Positions 27,484 to 32,000 of a stretch of 32,000 nucleotides of DNA are shown here, piece after piece. The notes under the pieces were generated by a model that did not search any database, was not told the DNA's origin, and worked only from the letters and a program-made list of their open reading frames with translations. The translations under genes were made by a program, and so were the position numbers. How positions within the stretch are numbered: the stretch's first letter is position 1; each line of letters begins with the position of its first letter. The stretch comes from Mycolicibacterium smegmatis. GTDB taxonomy: Bacteria; Actinomycetota; Actinomycetes; Mycobacteriales; Mycobacteriaceae. Location: positions 5,550,001 through 5,582,000 of the forward strand of contig NZ_LN831039.1 of NCBI RefSeq assembly GCF_001457595.1, read 5' to 3'.

Positions 27484-27745
27484 GACGTGCATCTCCTTGC
27501 TTAGGGTTGTTGCCGCGCGAACGTGTTCACTCGCCGACGGCGACGATTGCACTACAGAGTAACCGTTGACCTGGGTCGGCTCCAAAACGCCCGACGGAAC
27601 TGGTCGGATACGCCATACGCTGGCGTGACAGGCGGCACAACCGCGGCCCGCGCCGCGGTCCGTCACAGAAATCCTTGACTCGTGACCGGTGGTACCGGAT
27701 AACCTACCGGTTGGTTGGGCTCAGTCGGCGTCGACGGGAGTATGC

Positions 27746-29452
27746 GTGACTTCTGGTTCGGTCCGGATCGGGAACTGTTCCGGGTTCTACGGCGACCGCA
27801 TGGCCGCCATGCGGGAGATGCTGACCGGGGGCGAGCTCGATTACCTCACCGGCGACTACCTCGCCGAGCTCACGATGCTGATCCTCGCGCGCGACCGCGC
27901 CAAGGATCCCGGGCGCGGCTACGCCAGGACGTTCCTGCGCCAACTCGAGGAGTCCCTCGGGCTCGCGCTGGACAAGGGCGTGAAGATCGTAGCCAACGCG
28001 GGCGGGCTCAACCCCGCGGGCCTGGCCGAGGCGGTGCGGGCGCTGGCCGGACGGCTCGGGTTGAGCGTCGCCGTCGCCCACGTCGAGGGCGACGACCTGC
28101 TTCCCCGCGCCGCCGAACTCGGCTTCTCCGAGTCCGGCGACCCGCTGGCCGCCAACGCCTATCTGGGCGCCTGGGGCATCGTCGACTGTCTGAACGCCGG
28201 CGCCGACGTCGTTGTCACGGGCCGCGTCACCGACGCCTCGGTCACCGTCGGACCCGCGGCCGCGCACTTCGGCTGGGCCCGCACCGATTACGACGCGCTC
28301 GCCGGTGCGGTGGCCGCCGGGCACGTCATCGAATGCGGGGCCCAGGCCACCGGCGGCAACTACGCGTTCTTCACCGAGATCGAGGATCTGCTGCATCCCG
28401 GCTTCCCGATCGCCGAGATCGCCGCCGACGGGTCCTCGGTGATCACCAAGCATCCCGGCACCGGCGGCCGTGTCGACGTCGGCACCGTGACCGCGCAATT
28501 GCTCTACGAGATCGGCGGCGCACGCTACGCGAACCCCGACGTCACGCTCCGTGTCGACTCGCTGCGACTCGACCCCGACGGGCCCGACCGGGTGCGCATC
28601 TCGGGCGTCGTCGGCGAGCCCCCGCCGCCGACGTACAAGGTGTCGCTCAACCGCATCGGCGGGTTCCGCAACGCGACGACGTTTGTGCTCACCGGCCTGG
28701 ACATCGAGGCCAAGGCTCAGCTGGTGCGCAACCAGTTGGAGTGCGCGCTCAAGACCGAACCCGCGGAACTGGAATGGACGCTGGCGCGCACCGACCATCC
28801 CGACGCCGGCACCGAGGAGGCGGCCAGCGCACTGCTGCACTGCGTGGTGCGCGATCCTGACCCGAACACCGTCGGGCGCCAGTTCTCCTCGGCGGCCGTC
28901 GAACTCGCGTTGGCCAGCTATCCCGGCTTCACCGCCACCGCCCCGCCCGGTGACGCCCAGATCTACGGGATCTTCACGCCCGGTTACGTGGCCGCCGCCG
29001 AGGTCGCGCATGTCGCGGTGCACGCCGACGGCACCCGCGTCGCGATCCCGCCGACGTCCGAGACGCGGGAACTGGGACCGGTTCCCGAACCCGCTGTCGC
29101 GCCGCCCGACCCGGGCCCGACAGTGCGCGCGCCGCTGGGCCTGATCGCCGGGGCCCGCAGCGGCGACAAGGGCGGATCGGCCAACGTCGGGGTGTGGGTG
29201 CGCAGCGACGCGTCGTATCGGTGGCTGGTGCACACACTGACCGTCGACGTGCTGCGCGACCTGCTGCCCGAGGCCGCCGAATTGCCCGTCACACGACACG
29301 TGCTGCCCAATCTGCGGGCGCTGAACTTCGTCATCGACGACATTCTGGGGAAGGGCGTGGCCTGTCAGGCACGTTTCGACCCACAGGCGAAAGGCCTCGG
29401 TGAATGGCTGCGCAGCCGTCACCTCGACATCCCGAAGGATCTGTTGCCATGA
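27746..29452 (+). CDS. AtuA-family (acyclic terpene utilization) protein
   Basis: VTSGSVRIGNCSGFYGDRMAAMREMLTGGELDYLTGDYLAELTMLILARDRAKDPGRGYARTFLRQLEESLGLALDKGVKIVANAGGLNPAGLA: DUF1446/AtuA signature. GTG start with GGGAG upstream. Confidence 0.87.
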   Translation: MTSGSVRIGNCSGFYGDRMAAMREMLTGGELDYLTGDYLAELTMLILARDRAKDPGRGYARTFLRQLEESLGLALDKGVKIVANAGGLNPAGLAEAVRALAGRLGLSVAVAHVEGDDLLPRAAELGFSESGDPLAANAYLGAWGIVDCLNAGADVVVTGRVTDASVTVGPAAAHFGWARTDYDALAGAVAAGHVIECGAQATGGNYAFFTEIEDLLHPGFPIAEIAADGSSVITKHPGTGGRVDVGTVTAQLLYEIGGARYANPDVTLRVDSLRLDPDGPDRVRISGVVGEPPPPTYKVSLNRIGGFRNATTFVLTGLDIEAKAQLVRNQLECALKTEPAELEWTLARTDHPDAGTEEAASALLHCVVRDPDPNTVGRQFSSAAVELALASYPGFTATAPPGDAQIYGIFTPGYVAAAEVAHVAVHADGTRVAIPPTSETRELGPVPEPAVAPPDPGPTVRAPLGLIAGARSGDKGGSANVGVWVRSDASYRWLVHTLTVDVLRDLLPEAAELPVTRHVLPNLRALNFVIDDILGKGVACQARFDPQAKGLGEWLRSRHLDIPKDLLP

Positions 29453-30597
29453 GCATCTGGACCACCGCAGAACGCGAGGCACTGCGAAAAACCGTGCGCG
29501 CCTTCGCCGAACGCGAGGTGCTTCCGCACGCCCACGAATGGGAACGCGCCGGGGAGATCCCCCGCGAACTGCACCGCAAGGCCGCGGAACTGGGTCTGCT
29601 GGGCGCGGGCTTCCCCGAGGATGCGGGCGGCAGCGGCGGGGACGGCGCCGATCCGGTGGTCATCTGCGAGGAGATGCACTACGCGGGCTCACCCGGCGGG
29701 GTGTACGCATCGCTGTTCACGTGCGGTATCGCTGTCCCCCACATGATCGCCTCGGGCGACCAGCGGCTCATCGACACCTATGTGCGGCCGACACTGCGCG
29801 GCGAGAAGATCGGCGCGCTGGCCATCACCGAACCCGGCGGCGGATCCGACGTCGGGCATCTGCGCACCCGCGCCGATCTGGACGGCGACCACTACGTCAT
29901 CAACGGCGCCAAGACCTACATCACCTCGGGTGTGCGCGCCGACTACGTCGTGACCGCCGCACGCACAGGCGGCCCGGGCGCGGGCGGCGTCTCGCTGATC
30001 GTGGTGGACAAGGGCACACCGGGATTCGAGGTGACCCGCAAGCTCGACAAGATGGGTTGGCGCTCAAGCGATACCGCCGAGCTGTCCTACACCGATGTGC
30101 GGGTGCCCGTGGCGAACCTGGTGGGCAGCGAGAACACGGGGTTCGCGCAGATCGCGGCCGCGTTCGTGGCCGAACGGGTGGGCCTGGCCACGCAGGCCTA
30201 CGCGGGCGCGCAGCGCTGCCTGGACCTCACCGTCGAGTGGTGCCGCAACCGGGACACGTTCGGGCGTCCACTGATCTCACGGCAGGCGGTGCAGAACACA
30301 CTCGCGGGCATGGCCCGGCGCATCGACGTCGCGCGGGTGTACACGCGGCACGTGGTGGAACGACAACTCGCGGGCGAGACGAATCTGATCGCCGAGGTGT
30401 GCTTCGCCAAGAACACCGCCGTGGAGGCCGGCGAGTGGGTGGCCAACCAGGCCGTCCAATTGTTCGGCGGCATGGGCTACATGGCCGAGTCCGAGGTCGA
30501 GCGCCAGTACCGCGACATGCGCATCCTCGGCATCGGCGGCGGCACCACCGAGATCTTGACCAGCCTGGCCGCCAAGACGCTGGGGTTCCAGTCATGA
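29449..30597 (+). CDS. acyl-CoA dehydrogenase
   Basis: ATGA overlap with the upstream stop. MSIWTTAEREALRKTVRAFAEREVLPHAHEWERAGEIPRELHRKAAELGLLGAGFPEDAGG...ITEPGGGSDVGHLRTRA...QLFGGMGYMAESEVERQYRDMRILGIGGGTTEIL. Confidence 0.93.
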   Translation: MSIWTTAEREALRKTVRAFAEREVLPHAHEWERAGEIPRELHRKAAELGLLGAGFPEDAGGSGGDGADPVVICEEMHYAGSPGGVYASLFTCGIAVPHMIASGDQRLIDTYVRPTLRGEKIGALAITEPGGGSDVGHLRTRADLDGDHYVINGAKTYITSGVRADYVVTAARTGGPGAGGVSLIVVDKGTPGFEVTRKLDKMGWRSSDTAELSYTDVRVPVANLVGSENTGFAQIAAAFVAERVGLATQAYAGAQRCLDLTVEWCRNRDTFGRPLISRQAVQNTLAGMARRIDVARVYTRHVVERQLAGETNLIAEVCFAKNTAVEAGEWVANQAVQLFGGMGYMAESEVERQYRDMRILGIGGGTTEILTSLAAKTLGFQS

Positions 30598-32000
30598 CTG
30601 CCCTGCACTCCACGATCGATGCCACCTCCCCCGGCTTCAACGAGGCCGCCGCGGTGATGACGGCCAAGCTCTCCGAACTCGATGCCGAACACGCCAAGGC
30701 CCTCGGGGGCGGCGGGCCCAAGTACGTCGACCGCCATCACGCGCGCGGCAAGCTCACCGCGCGTGAGCGTGTCGAACTGCTGCTCGACCCGGACTCGCCG
30801 TTCCTCGAGCTGAGCCCGCTCGCGGCGTGGGGCACCGACTTCGCCGTGGGCGCCAGCGTCGTCACCGGCATCGGCGCGGTCGAGGGCGTGGAATGCCTCA
30901 TCGTCGCCAACGACCCCACCGTCAAGGGCGGCACCAGCAATCCCTGGACGCTCAAGAAGATCCTGCGCGCCAACCAGATCGCGCTGCAGAACCGGCTTCC
31001 GGTGATCTCGCTGGTGGAATCCGGCGGCGCCGATCTGCCGACGCAGAAAGAGATCTTCATCCCGGGCGGGCAGATGTTCCGCGACCTCACCCGGTTGTCG
31101 GCCGCGGGGATCCCGACCATCGCGCTGGTGTTCGGCAACTCGACGGCGGGCGGGGCGTACGTGCCCGGCATGTCCGATCACGTCGTGATGATCAGAGAAC
31201 GCTCCAAGGTGTTCCTCGCCGGGCCGCCGCTTGTCAAGATGGCCACGGGTGAGGAGTCCGACGACGAGTCGCTGGGCGGCGCCGAGATGCACGCCCGCAC
31301 CTCGGGTCTGGCCGACTACTTCGCGCTCGACGAACCCGACGCCATCCGCATCGGGCGGCGCATCGTGGCGCGGCTGAACTGGCGCAAGCAGGGCCCCGCC
31401 CCGGCCGAAGTGGTCGAACCGCGTTACAACGCAGAGGAACTCATCGGCATCGTGCCCGCCGACCTGCGCGTGCCGTTCGATCCGCGCGATGTCATCGCCC
31501 GTATCGTCGACGACTCAGATTTCGACGAGTTCAAACCGCTCTACGGTTCGTCGCTGGTCACCGGGTGGGCCCGGCTGTGGGGTTATCCCGTGGGCATCCT
31601 GGCCAACGCGCGCGGTGTGCTGTTCAGCGAGGAGTCGCAGAAGGCCACACAGTTCATCCAGCTGGCCAACCGCGCCGACACCCCACTGTTGTTCCTGCAC
31701 AACACCACCGGCTACATGGTGGGCAAGCAGTACGAAGAGGGCGGCATGGTCAAGCACGGCTCGATGATGATCAATGCGGTGTCCAACTCGACCGTGCCGC
31801 ACATCAGCCTGCTGATCGGCGCATCCTACGGCGCGGGGCACTACGGCATGTGCGGGCGCGCCTATGATCCGCGGTTCCTGTTCGCGTGGCCCAGCGCCAA
31901 GTCCGCGGTGATGGGTGGCACGCAACTCGCGGGGGTGCTGTCGATCGTGAGCCGCGCAGCGGCGGAGGCCCGCGGGCAGACGGTCGACGAGGATGCCGAC
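30594..32000 (+). CDS. acyl-CoA carboxylase beta subunit (carboxyltransferase), runs off the window edge
   Basis: ATGA overlap with the ACAD stop. MTALHSTIDATSPGFNEAAAVMTAKLSELDAEHAKALGGGGPKYVDRHHARGKLTARERVELLLDPDSPFLELSPLAAWGTDF...; AccD-type. Open past 32000, so absent from the ORF track. Confidence 0.92.
   Translation, partial: MTALHSTIDATSPGFNEAAAVMTAKLSELDAEHAKALGGGGPKYVDRHHARGKLTARERVELLLDPDSPFLELSPLAAWGTDFAVGASVVTGIGAVEGVECLIVANDPTVKGGTSNPWTLKKILRANQIALQNRLPVISLVESGGADLPTQKEIFIPGGQMFRDLTRLSAAGIPTIALVFGNSTAGGAYVPGMSDHVVMIRERSKVFLAGPPLVKMATGEESDDESLGGAEMHARTSGLADYFALDEPDAIRIGRRIVARLNWRKQGPAPAEVVEPRYNAEELIGIVPADLRVPFDPRDVIARIVDDSDFDEFKPLYGSSLVTGWARLWGYPVGILANARGVLFSEESQKATQFIQLANRADTPLLFLHNTTGYMVGKQYEEGGMVKHGSMMINAVSNSTVPHISLLIGASYGAGHYGMCGRAYDPRFLFAWPSAKSAVMGGTQLAGVLSIVSRAAAEARGQTVDEDAD

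Overview
This window is a high-GC actinobacterial chromosomal segment, almost certainly Mycolicibacterium/Mycobacterium smegmatis or a very close relative. The identification rests on an MspC-type porin and on the conserved order galU / glp(moeA) / rimJ / glpR(sepX) plus mprA-mprB-pepD-moaB2 and mscL. I can support about 27 protein genes and one tRNA-Ala(CGC). The main blocks are: (i) a partial cyclic-nucleotide-binding protein and a two-gene type-VII-secretion-like pair (680-1533) followed by an unusually AT-rich non-coding stretch; (ii) a four-gene transporter/dehydrogenase/SDR array with a convergent AraC regulator; (iii) the cell-division-linked GlpR/Glp/GalU cluster; (iv) an APC permease fused to a USP-like domain, plus a USP; (v) a glyoxylate carboligase operon (hyi-glxR-gcl) with an IclR regulator; (vi) a CIRCE-controlled FmdB-type zinc-ribbon chaperone (Ruc/Rv0991c-like) with a SAF-domain partner; (vii) mscL/mspC; (viii) the mprAB-pepD-moaB2 stress operon; (ix) an AtuA / acyl-CoA dehydrogenase / carboxyltransferase cluster that runs off the end. 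No CRISPR array, prophage, transposon or obvious new defence system was found. The most informative signals are regulatory: the CIRCE element, paired TTCC-N7-GGAA palindromes at the gcl-cluster promoters, and matched 11-bp-spaced direct repeats before both mprA and pepD. There is also an unlisted 52-aa ORF at 22564-22722.
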